Shown: positions 27,564-39,448 of the stretch, one piece after another
Layout of the letters: each line of letters begins with the position of its first letter
Numbering within the stretch: the stretch's first letter is position 1
Assembly: GCA_964291675.2 (NCBI GenBank)
Contig: OZ219866.1
Location: forward strand, 992,001-1,056,000
Source: Alphaproteobacteria bacterium
Lineage (GTDB): Bacteria > Pseudomonadota > Alphaproteobacteria > MPNO01
DNA length: 64,000 nt
Direction: 5' to 3'
Position numbers and translations under genes: made by a program
Notes under the pieces: generated by a model
Database searches by the model: none
What the model was told of the DNA's origin: nothing
Seen by the model: only the letters and a program-made list of their open reading frames with translations

Positions 27564-28604
27564 CTACATGGCGAGCTTGGCGCCGGCCATCGCGGCGCTC
27601 CCGATCTTCTTGCGGTCCTCGTCGGATAGCGGGATCAGCCCCTTGTCCACGAGATAGCCTTCCGGACCCCAGGCGCGCTCGGCGGTGAATTCGCCGACAT
27701 ATTCCTCGATGCCCGGGATGACCCCGACATGCGCCTGCTTGACGTAGAAATACATCGAGCGCGACACCGGGTACTCGCCGCCCGAGATGGTCTCGAACTC
27801 GGGCGCGACGCCGTCGACCGTGGTGCCCTGGATCCGGTCGGCGTTCGAATCGAGGAAGCTGAAGCCGAAGATGCCGTAGGCGTTCGGGTTGGCGACCAGC
27901 TTCTGGATGATCAGCACGTCGTTCTCGCCCGCCTCGATGAAGGCGCCGTCCTCGCGGATGCCGTGGCAGATCGCCTTGTAGCGCCTCTTGTCCTGCTTCT
28001 TCATCGCCTCGATCGCGGGGAACTGCTTGCAGCCCCCTTCCATGGCGAGCTCGACGAAGGCGTCCCGCGTGCCGGAGGTCGGCGGCGGTCCGAGGACCTC
28101 GATCTTGCGCCCGGGAAGCGACGGGTCGATGTCGCTCCACATCTTGTACGGGTTGTCCTTCAGCGTCTCGCCCTTGGCGTCGGCCGGCACCGACTTGGCC
28201 AGCGCGAGGAACAGCTGCTTCAGGGTGATCTCGGTCGGCTTGGCCTTCCTCGAGTTGGCCAGCACGATGCCGTCATAGCCGATCTTCACCTCGGTGATCG
28301 CCTTGACGCCGTTCCTGGCGCAGCGGTCGACCTCGGACTTCTTGATGCGGCGCGAGGCATTGGTGACGTCGGGATGCCGAACGCCGACGCCCGCGCAGAA
28401 CAGCTTGAGGCCGCCGCCCGAGCCGGTGCTCTCGACGACGGGCGTCTTGAACTCGGTCGACTTGCCGAACTGTTCGGCGACCGCGGTCGAGAACGGGAAG
28501 ACCGTCGACGAGCCGACGATGCGGATCTGGTCGCGTGCCTGGGCGGAACTCGCCACCGCGATGGATACCACCGCCGCGGCAGCGAACATGGTGTGCTTGT
28601 TCAT
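27564..28604 (-). CDS. pstS: Phosphate ABC transporter substrate-binding protein
   Basis: Signal peptide, 'RDQIRIVGSSTVFPF', 'ESTGSGGG', 'GPPPTSGTRD'. Confidence 0.96.
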   Translation of the reverse strand: MNKHTMFAAAAVVSIAVASSAQARDQIRIVGSSTVFPFSTAVAEQFGKSTEFKTPVVESTGSGGGLKLFCAGVGVRHPDVTNASRRIKKSEVDRCARNGVKAITEVKIGYDGIVLANSRKAKPTEITLKQLFLALAKSVPADAKGETLKDNPYKMWSDIDPSLPGRKIEVLGPPPTSGTRDAFVELAMEGGCKQFPAIEAMKKQDKRRYKAICHGIREDGAFIEAGENDVLIIQKLVANPNAYGIFGFSFLDSNADRIQGTTVDGVAPEFETISGGEYPVSRSMYFYVKQAHVGVIPGIEEYVGEFTAERAWGPEGYLVDKGLIPLSDEDRKKIGSAAMAGAKLAM

Positions 28605-28722
28605 GATATCTCCGTCTCGGATTTGTGGGTGTCGAGGCAGCGCGAATCTCTGTTCGGCCGGTTCGGGCGGGCCCTGTCTACCCCGGACGCCGACGGTGGT
28701 AAGCGTCCTGCGAGACCTCGAT

Positions 28723-28751
28723 ATGAAATTCCTGTTACGTTTTGATGACAG
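28723..28751 (-). promoter_or_regulatory. Pho box (three 11-bp-spaced half-sites) upstream of pstS
   Basis: Minus strand CTGTCAT-CAAA-ACGTAAC-AGGA-ATTTCAT; overlaps the phoR stop codon. Confidence 0.85.
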
Positions 28752-30177
28752 TGCCGGCTTCTTCTGCCTGCGCGCGCGTGTCGGGTTCCGGTGCGGCGCG
28801 CGGAAGGCGCACGGTGAACACGCTGCCGACCCCGAGCTCGCTCTCGATGGCGAGCTCGCCGCGGTGCCGGTTGACGATGTGCTTGACGATCGCCAGCCCC
28901 AGCCCGGTGCCGCCCATCTCGCGCGAACGCGCCGTGTCGACCCGGTAGAACCGCTCGGTGAGACGCCGCAGATGCTCCGCCGGGATGCCTTCTCCCTGGT
29001 CGCTGACGGCGATCCGGATGGCATCCGTCTCCGGCGTTCCGTCGCCCGCCCCGTCCAGCGTCGCGCCGTCGATGGAGATGCGGACCGAAGAGCCCTCCGC
29101 GCCGTACTTGATCGCGTTGTCGATCAGGTTCTGGAACAGCTGCGTCAGCTCCTCGCGCTCGCCGATCACCCCCGGCTCGGCGATATCGCCGTCGATCGAC
29201 AGCGCGATGCGGCGCGACCGGGCGGCGAATTGCAGGGAGTCCACCACCGGGGGGATCACCGAAGACAGCGATACCGTGGCGGACGGCGGCAGATGCTCGT
29301 TGAGCTCGATCTTCGACAGCGACAGGAGGTCGTTCACCAGCCGGCTCATGCGCTCGGCCTGGGTGCCCATCATCTCGAGGAACCGGTCGAAGGCCGCTTG
29401 GTCCTCCCTGGCCGGGCCGCGCAGCGTCTCGATGCAGCCGAGCAGCACCGAGATCGGCGTCCTCAGCTCGTGGCTCGCATTGGCGACGAAATCCGCCCGC
29501 GTGCGGCCGTGGCGCCGGATAGCGGTGACGTCGGTGACCGCGATCAGGGCGAGGGTTCCATCCGGCGCCGGCTCGGGCAGCGCGGCGATGCGGGCGGCCA
29601 GCTCGAGATCGGACCCCGCGAGACGGAAGTCGATCTCCTCGGCCGCGCCGGTGGCGATCACCCGTTCGGCGGCCTCCAGAACCCCGGGATCGCGCAGCGC
29701 GGCGACCAGGTCGGCGCCGACCGGATCGACCCCGAGCAGCGCCGTCGTGCTGCGCGAGGCGCGCACGATGCGCCGGTCGCCGTCGATCGCGATCACCGGG
29801 TCGGGCAGGCTGTCCAGCACGCTGTCGGCCGACGCGCTGCTCGTCGCCAGATCGCCGAGCCGCTGATGCAGCCCGGCCGTCGAATCGGCGAACGCCGACG
29901 CCAACCGGCGCGGGACCAAGGGCGATTCCAGGTGCAGCCGTTCCGGCGCGTCGCCGGCGTCAAGGCGGTTCAACCGGTCCGCGACCCGCGACAAACCCGA
30001 CAGATGGCGCCTGACCGGCAGCCACAGCGCGGCCGCCGCCACCGCCGCGCCCGCCGCCGCCACGCCGAGTCCGAGCTCCCCGGCCAGCACGAGCACCAGC
30101 AGGATACCGGCAAACGGGCCCGCGAGAACCGCTATCGCCCAGACCAGCGCTCGCTTGGGTACCGGATCGCTCTCCAT
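28735..30177 (-). CDS. phoR: Phosphate regulon sensor kinase PhoR
   Basis: Two TM helices, PAS, 'DFVANASHELRTP', 'NLIDNAIKYG', 'LTERFYRVD', 'GGTGLGLAIVKHI'. Confidence 0.95.
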   Translation of the reverse strand: MESDPVPKRALVWAIAVLAGPFAGILLVLVLAGELGLGVAAAGAAVAAAALWLPVRRHLSGLSRVADRLNRLDAGDAPERLHLESPLVPRRLASAFADSTAGLHQRLGDLATSSASADSVLDSLPDPVIAIDGDRRIVRASRSTTALLGVDPVGADLVAALRDPGVLEAAERVIATGAAEEIDFRLAGSDLELAARIAALPEPAPDGTLALIAVTDVTAIRRHGRTRADFVANASHELRTPISVLLGCIETLRGPAREDQAAFDRFLEMMGTQAERMSRLVNDLLSLSKIELNEHLPPSATVSLSSVIPPVVDSLQFAARSRRIALSIDGDIAEPGVIGEREELTQLFQNLIDNAIKYGAEGSSVRISIDGATLDGAGDGTPETDAIRIAVSDQGEGIPAEHLRRLTERFYRVDTARSREMGGTGLGLAIVKHIVNRHRGELAIESELGVGSVFTVRLPRAAPEPDTRAQAEEAGTVIKT

Positions 30178-30294
30178 GTCGTCACGCGGCCGGTCCGGCC
30201 CTTCACTCCGACGCGACGGCGATGCTAGCGCTTCGTGCGTCACCCGCCAAGCGGCCGTCTGGCTGGCGTCGCGCGCGGCATGATAGGTTGCCGG

Positions 30295-32997
30295 ATGTCC
30301 ATGACCGACGCGGCCGGGCAGCGCGAAGATGGCGGCGCGCGTTCGACCGGCGAGGATGCCGGCGGCAAGGGAAGCGCGCGGGACGCCGCCGCGACGCCGA
30401 TGATGGCGCAGTATCTCGCCGTCAAGGAGGCCCATCCGGGCTGCCTGCTGTTCTACCGCATGGGCGACTTCTACGAGCTGTTCTTCGACGACGCGGTCGC
30501 CGCCGCCAGGGCGCTCGACATCACGCTCACCCGTCGCGGCCGCCACCGGGGCGCCGACGTGCCGATGTGCGGCGTGCCGGTCCATGCCGCCGAGACCTAT
30601 CTGGAGCGGCTGATCCGCAAGGGCTTCCGGGTGGCGGTCTGCGAACAGACGGAAGACCCGGCGCAGGCGCGCAAGCGCGGCGCCAAGTCCCTGGTCGCCC
30701 GCCAGGTGGTGCGCGTGGTCACCCCCGGCACCCTGACCGAGGACTCGCTGCTGGAGGCGCGCCGCCACAACTACCTCGCCGCCATCGCCGAGGCCGAAGG
30801 GCTTCTGGGGTTCGCCTGGATCGACATCTCGACCGGCGCCTTCCAGGCGCAGCCGCTCGACCCCGGCATGGTGGCCGAGGCGATGGCGCGCGTCGATCCG
30901 GGCGAGCTCGTCCTCTCGGAGCGGCTGGCGGCGCAGCCGGATATCGACGCCGCCCTGGAAGGCTGGGACGGCCTGGCCACGCCGCTGCCCGGCGCGCGCT
31001 TCGACAGCCTCTCCGGCCGGCGGCGGCTCGAAGCCCATTACGGGGTCCGTTCGCTGGATGCCTTCGGCGCCTTCTCGCGCGCCGAGATCGCCGCCTGCGG
31101 GGCGGCGCTCGACTATGTCGCGCTGACCCAGCAGGGCCGGCTGCCGCGAATCGAGCCGCCGCGGCGGCTCGGGCCGGGCGCGGCGATGGAGATCGACGCC
31201 GCCACCAGGCGCAATCTCGAGATCGTGCGGTCTCTCTCGGGGGAACGCGCCGGCTCGCTGCTCGCGGTGATCGACCTGACCGTCACCGGCGCGGGCGCCC
31301 GCGCGCTCGCCGAGCGCCTCGGCGCGCCCTTGACCGATTGCGCGGCGATAGACCGCCGCCTCGACGCGGTCCGGCATTTTGCCGCCGACGCCGCGCTGCG
31401 CAGCGCCTGCCGCGACGTGCTCGCCGCCTGTCCCGACCTCCAGCGGGCGATGACCCGGCTGGCGCTCGGCCGGGGCGGTCCGCGCGATCTCGCCGCGGTG
31501 GGCGAAGCGCTGTCGCGCGCCGACAGCCTGTCCGACTTGCTGCAAGGCGGCCAGGAAGCGGTCCCCGGCGAGGTCGAAAGCGCCGCCGCCGCACTCACCG
31601 GCCACGCCGCGACCGTGGCCGCGCTGCGCGAGGCGCTCGGCCCCGAGCTGCCGCTGCTCGCCCGCGACGGCGGCTTCGTCGCGCCCGGCCACGACGGCAC
31701 GCTCGACGAGCTTCGCGCGCTGCGCGACGGCAGCCGGCGGCTGATCGCCGACCTTCAGAAGCAATATGCCGAGGCGACCGGCATCGCGTCTCTCAAGATC
31801 CGCCACAACAACGTGCTCGGCTATTTCGTCGAGGTGACGCCGGTCCACGAAGCCGCGATCGCCGGCCACGACGCCTTCATCCACCGCCAGACCCTGGCCA
31901 GCGCGCGCCGCTATACCACCGTCGCGCTCGCCGGGCTGGAGGAGAAGCTCGCCACGGCGTCCGACAAGGCGCTGGCGCGGGAGCTCGAGATCTTCGAGGC
32001 GCTGGCCGCCCTGGTGACCGCGAACGGCGAGGCGATCGCCCGGACCGCGACCGCGCTCGCCGACACCGACGTCACCGCGGCGCTCGCCGAGCTCGCCATG
32101 CAGCGGCGCTATGTCCGCCCCGTGGTCGACGACAGCCTCGACTTCGCCGTCACCGGCGCGCGCCATCCGGTGGTCGAAGCGTTTCTGGAACGCGACGCCG
32201 GGGCCGCCTTCATCGCCAACGATTGCGACCTCGGACAGGGGCAGCGGCTGTGGCTGGTGACCGGACCGAACATGGCCGGCAAGTCGACCTTCCTGCGGCA
32301 GAACGCGCTGCTCGCCATCCTCGCCCAGATCGGCTCCTTCGTACCGGCCGAGACGGCGCGGATCGGGGTCGTCGACCGCCTGTTCTCCCGCGTCGGCGCC
32401 GCCGACGACCTCGCCCGCGGCCGCTCGACCTTCATGGTCGAGATGGTCGAGACGGCGGCGATCCTCAACCAGGCGGGTCCGCGCGCGCTGGTCGTCCTCG
32501 ACGAGATCGGCCGCGGCACGGCCACCTTCGACGGGCTTTCCATCGCCTGGGCGACGCTGGAGCATTTGCACGAGGTCAACCGGGCGCGCGCGCTGTTCGC
32601 GACCCATTTCCACGAGCTGACGGCGCTCAAGACCCGCCTGGACGCGCTGCGCTGCGTCACCATGCGGGTCAAGGAGTGGCAGGGCGAAATCGTCTTCCTG
32701 CACGAGGTGATGCCGGGCGCCGCCAACCGGTCATACGGCGTCCACGTGGCGCGGCTGGCCGGGCTGCCGGACGGCGCGCTGGCGCGGGCCGAGGCGGTGC
32801 TGGAGACGCTGGAAAAGGGCGAGCAGTCGGGCGCGCTCGCCCGCCTCGCCGACGACCTGCCGCTGTTCTCCGCCGCCGTGCCGCCGCCGCCCGCCGCGCC
32901 CTCGCCGGTCGAGGAGGCGCTCGCCGCCGTCAATCCGGACGAGATCACGCCGCGCGACGCCCTCGACCTGCTGTACCGCATCCGCGCGATGCTCTGA
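30295..32997 (+). CDS. mutS: DNA mismatch repair protein MutS (start 30295 or 30301)
   Basis: 'TPMMAQY', '[11 protein letters not shown]', '[10 protein letters not shown]', 'STFMVEM', 'DEIGRGT', 'SYG.HVA.LAG'. Confidence 0.98.
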   Translation: MSMTDAAGQREDGGARSTGEDAGGKGSARDAAATPMMAQYLAVKEAHPGCLLFYRMGDFYELFFDDAVAAARALDITLTRRGRHRGADVPMCGVPVHAAETYLERLIRKGFRVAVCEQTEDPAQARKRGAKSLVARQVVRVVTPGTLTEDSLLEARRHNYLAAIAEAEGLLGFAWIDISTGAFQAQPLDPGMVAEAMARVDPGELVLSERLAAQPDIDAALEGWDGLATPLPGARFDSLSGRRRLEAHYGVRSLDAFGAFSRAEIAACGAALDYVALTQQGRLPRIEPPRRLGPGAAMEIDAATRRNLEIVRSLSGERAGSLLAVIDLTVTGAGARALAERLGAPLTDCAAIDRRLDAVRHFAADAALRSACRDVLAACPDLQRAMTRLALGRGGPRDLAAVGEALSRADSLSDLLQGGQEAVPGEVESAAAALTGHAATVAALREALGPELPLLARDGGFVAPGHDGTLDELRALRDGSRRLIADLQKQYAEATGIASLKIRHNNVLGYFVEVTPVHEAAIAGHDAFIHRQTLASARRYTTVALAGLEEKLATASDKALARELEIFEALAALVTANGEAIARTATALADTDVTAALAELAMQRRYVRPVVDDSLDFAVTGARHPVVEAFLERDAGAAFIANDCDLGQGQRLWLVTGPNMAGKSTFLRQNALLAILAQIGSFVPAETARIGVVDRLFSRVGAADDLARGRSTFMVEMVETAAILNQAGPRALVVLDEIGRGTATFDGLSIAWATLEHLHEVNRARALFATHFHELTALKTRLDALRCVTMRVKEWQGEIVFLHEVMPGAANRSYGVHVARLAGLPDGALARAEAVLETLEKGEQSGALARLADDLPLFSAAVPPPPAAPSPVEEALAAVNPDEITPRDALDLLYRIRAML

Positions 32998-33054
32998 GCC
33001 GGCCGGCCCCGATCGCACGATACGCCGTGACGGCGATCGCGTTATAGTCGGCGG

Positions 33055-35853
33055 ATGGCAGGGATCTCGCGGCAACGGGCGATCATCGATCGCGGCGCGC
33101 TCAACGCCGAGCTCGACCTTCTGCTCGACGACGGACGGGCCGCGGGCACGCCGCGCCGCGCCGCGCTCGGGATTCTCAAGCGCGCGATGGCGGAAGGCGA
33201 GGCGGAGATCCGCCGGCGGTTCGAGGCCGCGCCCGGGGGCGGTCCGCGGGCCCAGCGCGAGCGGTGCTTCCTGATCGACCAGCTCATCCGGGTCGTCTAC
33301 GACCTCGCCGCCAACCGGGTCTACCGCGCCGCCAACCCGACCGCGGGCGAACATCTCTCGGTCGTCGCCGTCGGCGGCTACGGGCGCGGCGAGCTCGCGC
33401 CTTTCTCCGACATCGACCTGTTGTTCGTACCGCCCTTCAAGCGCACCCCGCGCAACGAGCAGGTGATCGAATACGTGCTCTACATGCTGTGGGACCTCGG
33501 GCTGAAGGTCGGCCATGCCACGCGGACCGTCGAAGACTGCCTGCGGCTCTCCCGCAAGGACCTGACGATCCGCACCGCCATCCTCGAGGCCCGCTACGTA
33601 TGGGGCGAGAGGCGGCTGTTCGACCGGCTGCGCAAGGAATTCCGCGAGGAGGCGGTCAAGGGCTCCGAACGCGGCTTCGTGGAGGCCAAGCTCTCCGAGC
33701 GCGACGAACGCCATCGGCGCATGGGCGACTCGCGCTACGTTCTCGAACCCAATGTCAAGGACGGCAAGGGCGGGCTGCGCGACCTGCATACGCTGTTCTG
33801 GATCGCCAAATGCCTCTACCCGGTGCGCGGCATGGCGGATCTGGTCGAGCACGGGGTTCTGCGGGCGAGCGAGGCCGCCCGCTTCGACAAGGCGCAGCGG
33901 TTCCTCGCCACCGTCCGCTGCCGTCTCCACTACCTCTCGGGCCGCGGCGACGACCGGCTGACCTTCGACCGGCAGCCCGAGCTCGGCCGCCTGCTCGGCT
34001 ACAAGGACCATGCCGGCGCGCGCGGCGTCGAACGCTTCATGAAGCACTATTACCTGACGGTGAAGGAGGTCGGCGACCTGACCGGAATCTTCTGCGCCGC
34101 GCTCGAAATCGAGCAGTCGAGGCGCGCCCGCTTCACCCTGCCCGGGCTCGGCCTGCTGCAGCGCGCCCCCGAGGGCCTGGCGATCGAGAGCGGACGCCTC
34201 GCGCTTGCCTCCGGCGCCAGCTTCGCCGACCGCCCGGTCGACATCCTGCGGCTGTTCCACGCCTCGCAGGAGCGCGGGATCGACATCCACCCGCGGGCGC
34301 TGCGCGCGATCACGCGCAACCTCAGGCTGGTCGACGGGCTGCGCGGGGACGCCGAGGCGAACCGGCTGTTCCTCGACATGCTGACCTCGCCCAAGGACCC
34401 CGAACGGACCCTGCGGCAGCTCAACGAGGCGGGCGTGTTCGGGCGCTTCATCCCCGATTTCGGCCGGGTGGTCGCCCAGATGCAGCACGACATGTACCAC
34501 GTCTTCACGGTCGACGAGCACACCATCATGGCGATCGGCATCCTGCGGGGGATCGAGGACGGCCGGTTCGCGGATGAGATGCCGATCGCGACCGAGGCGG
34601 TGAAGACCGTGCAGTCGCGCCGCGCGCTCTACATGGCCGTCCTGCTGCACGACATCGCCAAGGGGCGCGGCGGCGATCATTCCGAAATCGGCGAGCAGGT
34701 GGCGCTCCGGCTCTGTCCGCGGATCGGGCTGACGCCGGAGGAGACCGAGACCGTCGCCTGGCTGGTGCGCCAGCACCTGGCGATGAGCAACACCGCGTTC
34801 CGGCGCGACGTCAACGATCCCAAGACGGTCAGCGACTTCGTCGAGACGGTGCGCTCGCTGGAGCGTCTGCGCCTGCTGCTGGTGCTGACGGTCGCCGACA
34901 TCCGCGCGGTCGGCCCCGGCGTGTGGACCGCCTGGAAGGCGGCGCTGCTGCGCGACCTCTACTACGCGGCCGAGGAGGCGATCGCCGGCGGCATGGCCGC
35001 GGCGGGGCGCGGCCGCCGGATCGACCGGGTCAAGCAGGGCCTCGCCGCCGCGCTCGACGATTTCCGGGCCGGCGAGATCGAGACCCATATGGAGAGCGGC
35101 TACCCCGCCTATTGGCTGTCGCACCCGGCGGAAGCCCTGGTCCGCCACGCGCGCCTGGTGCGCGCGGCGCGGCGCTCGGAGACCCCGCTGTGCATCGACA
35201 CGCGGATCGACCGCTACCGCCAGGCGACCGAGGTGACGGTCTACGCGCCCGACCATCCCGGGCTGTTCTCCCACATCGCCGGCGCCATCGCGGTTTCCGG
35301 CGCCAATATCGTCGACGCCAAGATCTTCACCATGACCGACGGCATGGCGCTCGACACCTTCTGGGTCCAGGACGGCCGCGACGAGCCGATCGAGAGCCGC
35401 GAACGGCTGGCCCGGCTGGAAGCCAATATCGAACAGGCGGTCACCGGCCGGATGCGGCCGATGCGCGAGCTCGAGGACATGATCCGCAAGCAGGGGGAAA
35501 AGCGCGACAGCGTGTTCACCGTGGAGCCGCGGGTGATCATCGACAATACCGCGAGCGCGACCCACACCGTGGTCGAGGTCAACGGCCGCGACCGCCCCGG
35601 CCTGCTCTACGCCCTGACGCGCGCCTTGAGCGGCGAGGACGTGCAGATCGGCAGCGCCCAGATCGCGACTTACGGCGAATCCGCGGTCGACGTGTTTTAC
35701 GTCAAGGACATCTTCGGGCTGAAGGTCACGCACGAGGCGAAGATCGAGAGCATCCGCAAGGCGCTGCTCGGCGCGCTGTCCTCGATCGCCGCCGTCGCCG
35801 GGGAGACGGCCGGTCCGGCCGGGCAAGAGGCCGCCGCGCCGGCCGAGCCCTGA
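33055..35853 (+). CDS. glnD: [Protein-PII] uridylyltransferase
   Basis: 'AVGGYGRGELAPFSDIDL', 'EPNVK.GKGGLRD', HD domain, two ACT domains. Confidence 0.97.
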   Translation: MAGISRQRAIIDRGALNAELDLLLDDGRAAGTPRRAALGILKRAMAEGEAEIRRRFEAAPGGGPRAQRERCFLIDQLIRVVYDLAANRVYRAANPTAGEHLSVVAVGGYGRGELAPFSDIDLLFVPPFKRTPRNEQVIEYVLYMLWDLGLKVGHATRTVEDCLRLSRKDLTIRTAILEARYVWGERRLFDRLRKEFREEAVKGSERGFVEAKLSERDERHRRMGDSRYVLEPNVKDGKGGLRDLHTLFWIAKCLYPVRGMADLVEHGVLRASEAARFDKAQRFLATVRCRLHYLSGRGDDRLTFDRQPELGRLLGYKDHAGARGVERFMKHYYLTVKEVGDLTGIFCAALEIEQSRRARFTLPGLGLLQRAPEGLAIESGRLALASGASFADRPVDILRLFHASQERGIDIHPRALRAITRNLRLVDGLRGDAEANRLFLDMLTSPKDPERTLRQLNEAGVFGRFIPDFGRVVAQMQHDMYHVFTVDEHTIMAIGILRGIEDGRFADEMPIATEAVKTVQSRRALYMAVLLHDIAKGRGGDHSEIGEQVALRLCPRIGLTPEETETVAWLVRQHLAMSNTAFRRDVNDPKTVSDFVETVRSLERLRLLLVLTVADIRAVGPGVWTAWKAALLRDLYYAAEEAIAGGMAAAGRGRRIDRVKQGLAAALDDFRAGEIETHMESGYPAYWLSHPAEALVRHARLVRAARRSETPLCIDTRIDRYRQATEVTVYAPDHPGLFSHIAGAIAVSGANIVDAKIFTMTDGMALDTFWVQDGRDEPIESRERLARLEANIEQAVTGRMRPMRELEDMIRKQGEKRDSVFTVEPRVIIDNTASATHTVVEVNGRDRPGLLYALTRALSGEDVQIGSAQIATYGESAVDVFYVKDIFGLKVTHEAKIESIRKALLGALSSIAAVAGETAGPAGQEAAAPAEP

Positions 35854-35890
35854 GCCTCGACCGCCCGCGCGCGGGCCGCCCGGACGTCGC

Positions 35891-37441
35891 ATGAGACTGC
35901 TGAGCGCGATCGCCACCGTCGGCGGCTACACCCTGGCCAGCCGCGTTCTCGGCTTCGCCCGCGACATCCTGATCGCCGGGGTGCTCGGCGCGGGGCCGGT
36001 GGCGGATGCGTTTTTCGTCGCGTTCAAGCTGCCCAATTTCTTCCGGCGCCTGTTCGCCGAGGGCGCCTTCGCGGCCGCCTTCATCCCGCTCTTCACCCGC
36101 ATCCTGACCGAAGACGGCGCCGCCGCGGCCAGGCGGTTCAGCGAGAGCGTGCTTTCGGTGCTGATCGCGATCCTGCTGGTGTTCTGCACCGCGATGCAGA
36201 TCGCCATGCCGTGGGCGATGCATCTCTTCGCGCCCGGGTTCGCCGACGATCCCGAGAAATTCGATCTCGCCGTCGATCTCGCCCGCATCGCCTTTCCCTA
36301 TCTCCTGTTCATCTCGCTGGTCTCCCAGCTCGGCGGGGTGCTGAACGCGCTCGACCGGTTCGCGGCGGCCGCGGCGGCGCCGATCCTGCTCAATCTCAGC
36401 CTGATCCTGTGCCTGGTCGGGCTCGCGCCGATGCTGGAGACGCCCGGCCACGCGCTCGCCTGGGGCGTGTTCGCGGCCGGCGTCGTGCAGTTCCTGTGGA
36501 TGATCGAGGCATGCCGCCGCGCCGGCGTGGTCTTTCGCCTGCCGCGCCCGCGCCTCACGCCGCCGGTGAAGCGGCTGATGGCCAAGATCCTGCCCGGCGC
36601 CGTCGGTGCCGGGGTGCAGCAGATAAACCTGGTCATCGGGGTGGTGCTCGCCTCGCTGCTGCCGACCGGCGCGGTGTCCTATCTCTACTATGCCGACCGG
36701 GTCTATCAGCTCCCGCTCGGCGTCATCGGGATCGCGGTCGGCACGGCGCTGCTGCCGCTCTTGTCGCGCCAGCTCCGCGCGGGCGACGAGGCGGGCGGGC
36801 GGGCGAGCTTCAACCGGGCGCTGGAGTATTCCCTGCTGCTGACGCTGCCCGCCGCGGCGGCGCTGCTGACCATGCCCGGGCCCGTCGTCGCCGTGCTCTT
36901 CGAGCGCGGCGCGTTCGATGCCGGCGCCACCGCGGCGACGGCTTCGGCGCTCGCCGCGTTCGCCGTCGGGCTGCCCGCCTTCGTGCTGGTCAAGGTGCTG
37001 GCGCCCGCGTTCTTCGCCCGCGAGGACGTGGTGACCCCGGTCAAGATCGCCGGCATATCCGTCGCCGCCAATATCGGCCTCAGCGCCGCCCTGCTGGTAC
37101 CGCTCCAGCATGTCGGCCTCGCGCTCGCGACCTCGGCCGCGTCCTGGCTCAACGCCGCGCTGCTCGCTATCGTCCTGCGCCGGCGCGGCCAGCTCGGGAT
37201 CGACGCCCGGCTGCGGCGGCGGCTGCCGCGCATCGCGGTCGCGACCGTGCTCATGGCCGCTTGCCTGCTGGCCGGTGTCGAGCTGCTCGCGCCGATGTTC
37301 GCCGGCGACGAGCTGGAAAGGGTGTTGGCGCTCGTCCTTGCGATCGCCGCCGGCAAGCTGGTCTACGGCGCCTCGGCCTTTGCGCTCGGCGCCGCGGACA
37401 TGGCGGAAATCCGCCGGACTCTCGCCCGGCGGAGGGCTTGA
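35891..37441 (+). CDS. murJ: Lipid II flippase MurJ
   Basis: 'SRVLGFARD', '[21 protein letters not shown]', 'YYADR..QLPLG'. Confidence 0.96.
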   Translation: MRLLSAIATVGGYTLASRVLGFARDILIAGVLGAGPVADAFFVAFKLPNFFRRLFAEGAFAAAFIPLFTRILTEDGAAAARRFSESVLSVLIAILLVFCTAMQIAMPWAMHLFAPGFADDPEKFDLAVDLARIAFPYLLFISLVSQLGGVLNALDRFAAAAAAPILLNLSLILCLVGLAPMLETPGHALAWGVFAAGVVQFLWMIEACRRAGVVFRLPRPRLTPPVKRLMAKILPGAVGAGVQQINLVIGVVLASLLPTGAVSYLYYADRVYQLPLGVIGIAVGTALLPLLSRQLRAGDEAGGRASFNRALEYSLLLTLPAAAALLTMPGPVVAVLFERGAFDAGATAATASALAAFAVGLPAFVLVKVLAPAFFAREDVVTPVKIAGISVAANIGLSAALLVPLQHVGLALATSAASWLNAALLAIVLRRRGQLGIDARLRRRLPRIAVATVLMAACLLAGVELLAPMFAGDELERVLALVLAIAAGKLVYGASAFALGAADMAEIRRTLARRRA

Positions 37442-37505
37442 CCCTTCCGGGCGATGGGGGGATAACCCGGCCTTTCCCGCCGCACGAAGGTCCGGAGCTC
37501 CGGCC

Positions 37506-38504
37506 GTGAAGCGAATATTTTCCGGCGTCCAGCCGAGCGGCAACCTGCATCTCGGCAACTATCTCGGCGCGATCCGCAACTTCGTCCGCCTGCAGGACGA
37601 ATACGAGTGCGTCTACTGCGTGGTCGACCTGCACGCGATCACGGTCTGGCAGGACCCGGCCGAGCTGGCGCGCAACACCCGCGAATGCGCCGCGACCTTC
37701 CTGGCCGCCGGTATCGACCCCGGGCGCAGCGTCATCTTCAACCAGAGCCGGGTCGCCGCCCATGCCAGGCTGGCCTGGATCTTCAACTGCGTCGCGCGGC
37801 TGGGCTGGCTCAACCGGATGACGCAGTTCAAGGAGAAGGCGGGCAAGCAGCGCGAGAACGCGAGCGTCGGGCTCTACGTCTATCCGAGCCTGATGGCCGC
37901 CGACATACTCGCCTACAAGGCGACCCATGTGCCGGTCGGCGAGGACCAGAAGCAGCATCTGGAGCTCACCCGGGACATCGCGCAGAAGTTCAACCACGAT
38001 TTCGGCACCGAGTTCTTCCCGCTCATCGAGCCGCTGATCTTCGGCGAGGCGACCCGGGTGATGAGCCTGCGCGACGGCGCGGCGAAGATGAGCAAGTCCG
38101 ACGGCTCGGAGGCCTCGCGCATCAACCTGACCGACGACGCGGACTCGATCGCCCACAAGATACGCCGCGCGCGGACCGATCCCGAGCCCCTGCCCCGCTC
38201 GCCGGACGGGCTCGCCGGGCGAGCCGAGGCGGCGAATCTGGTGGGGATATTCGCCGCTCTCGCCGACCGGTCGGCCGAGGACGTGCTGCGGGAGTTCGGC
38301 GGGCGTGGCTTCGCCGATTTCAAGCCCGCGCTGAGCGAGCTCGCCGTCGCCGTGCTGTCGCCGATCGCCGCCGAGCTCAGGCGGCTGATGGCCGATCCCG
38401 GCTATGTCGACTCGGTCCTCGCCGCGGGCGCGGAGCGCGCCGCGGCGATCGCCGATCCGGTGCTCGACGAGGTCCACGAGATCGTCGGCCTCGCCGCCCG
38501 GTGA
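37506..38504 (+). CDS. trpS: Tryptophan-tRNA ligase
   Basis: GTG start; '[17 protein letters not shown]', '[11 protein letters not shown]', 'KMSKS'. Confidence 0.97.
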   Translation: MKRIFSGVQPSGNLHLGNYLGAIRNFVRLQDEYECVYCVVDLHAITVWQDPAELARNTRECAATFLAAGIDPGRSVIFNQSRVAAHARLAWIFNCVARLGWLNRMTQFKEKAGKQRENASVGLYVYPSLMAADILAYKATHVPVGEDQKQHLELTRDIAQKFNHDFGTEFFPLIEPLIFGEATRVMSLRDGAAKMSKSDGSEASRINLTDDADSIAHKIRRARTDPEPLPRSPDGLAGRAEAANLVGIFAALADRSAEDVLREFGGRGFADFKPALSELAVAVLSPIAAELRRLMADPGYVDSVLAAGAERAAAIADPVLDEVHEIVGLAAR

Positions 38505-38524
38505 GCCGGGCAGGCTGACGCCCG

Positions 38525-39448
38525 ATGCAGATCTACCTGCCGATCGCCGAAGTCTCGGTCAATGTCGCGGTGCTGCTCGGCCTCGGCGGCGGCGTCGGCT
38601 TCCTGTCCGGGCTGTTCGGCGTCGGCGGCGGGTTCCTGATGACGCCGCTGCTGATCTTTATCGGCATACCGCCCGCGGTGGCGGTGGCGACCGAGGCCAA
38701 CCAGGTCGTCGCCGCCTCGGTGTCCGGCGCGCTCGCCCACTGGCGGCGGCGCAATGTCGACGTCAAGATGGGGCTGGTGCTGCTCGCCGGCGGCTTCGTC
38801 GGGTCGAGCCTCGGCGTCTGGCTGTTCACCCTGCTGCGCGGCATCGGCCAGATCGATTTCGTGATCTCGGTGGCCTATGTGGTGTTTCTCGGGATCATCG
38901 GCGTGCTGATGGTGGCGGAGAGCGTCCGCGCCTGGCAGCGCCAGCGCAACCCGGCGGCGCCCCGGCGCAAGCTCCACCAGCATTACTGGGTGCACGGATT
39001 GCCGCTCAAGATGCGGTTCCGCGCCTCCAAGCTCTATATCAGCGCGCTGCTGCCGTTCGCCATCGGCCTGTTCGTCGGCGTGCTGGCCGCCATCATGGGC
39101 GTGGGCGGCGGGTTCGTGATGGTGCCGGCGATGATCTACCTGCTCGGCATGCCGACCTCGATCGTGGTCGGGACGTCGCTCTTCCAGATCGTGTTCGTCA
39201 CCGCCAACGTCACCTTGCTGCAGGCGATCAACAACCAGACGGTCGACATCATCCTCGCCTTGTTCCTGCTGATCGGCGGGGTGATCGGCGCCCAGATCGG
39301 CGCCCGGTTCTCGGCCCGGCTGCGCGGCGAGCAGCTCAGGATCCTGCTCGGGCTGATCGTGCTCGCGGTGTGCCTCCGGGTCGCGTACGGGCTGGTCGCC
39401 ACGCCCGACGACTTGTTCGCGCTCGGCGTGCCGGGGGGGCGGGAATGA
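38525..39448 (+). CDS. Sulfite exporter TauE/SafE (TSUP) family protein
   Basis: 'MQIYLPIAE', 'SGLFGVGGGFLMTP', 'MGVGGGF.MVP', 'GTSLFQI'. Confidence 0.9.
   Translation: MQIYLPIAEVSVNVAVLLGLGGGVGFLSGLFGVGGGFLMTPLLIFIGIPPAVAVATEANQVVAASVSGALAHWRRRNVDVKMGLVLLAGGFVGSSLGVWLFTLLRGIGQIDFVISVAYVVFLGIIGVLMVAESVRAWQRQRNPAAPRRKLHQHYWVHGLPLKMRFRASKLYISALLPFAIGLFVGVLAAIMGVGGGFVMVPAMIYLLGMPTSIVVGTSLFQIVFVTANVTLLQAINNQTVDIILALFLLIGGVIGAQIGARFSARLRGEQLRILLGLIVLAVCLRVAYGLVATPDDLFALGVPGGRE

Noticed and set aside
28735-32703. 1322-aa minus-strand ORF
   Set aside because: Only 28735-30177 is PhoR; the upstream part is the stop-free antisense shadow of mutS, as expected in high-GC DNA.
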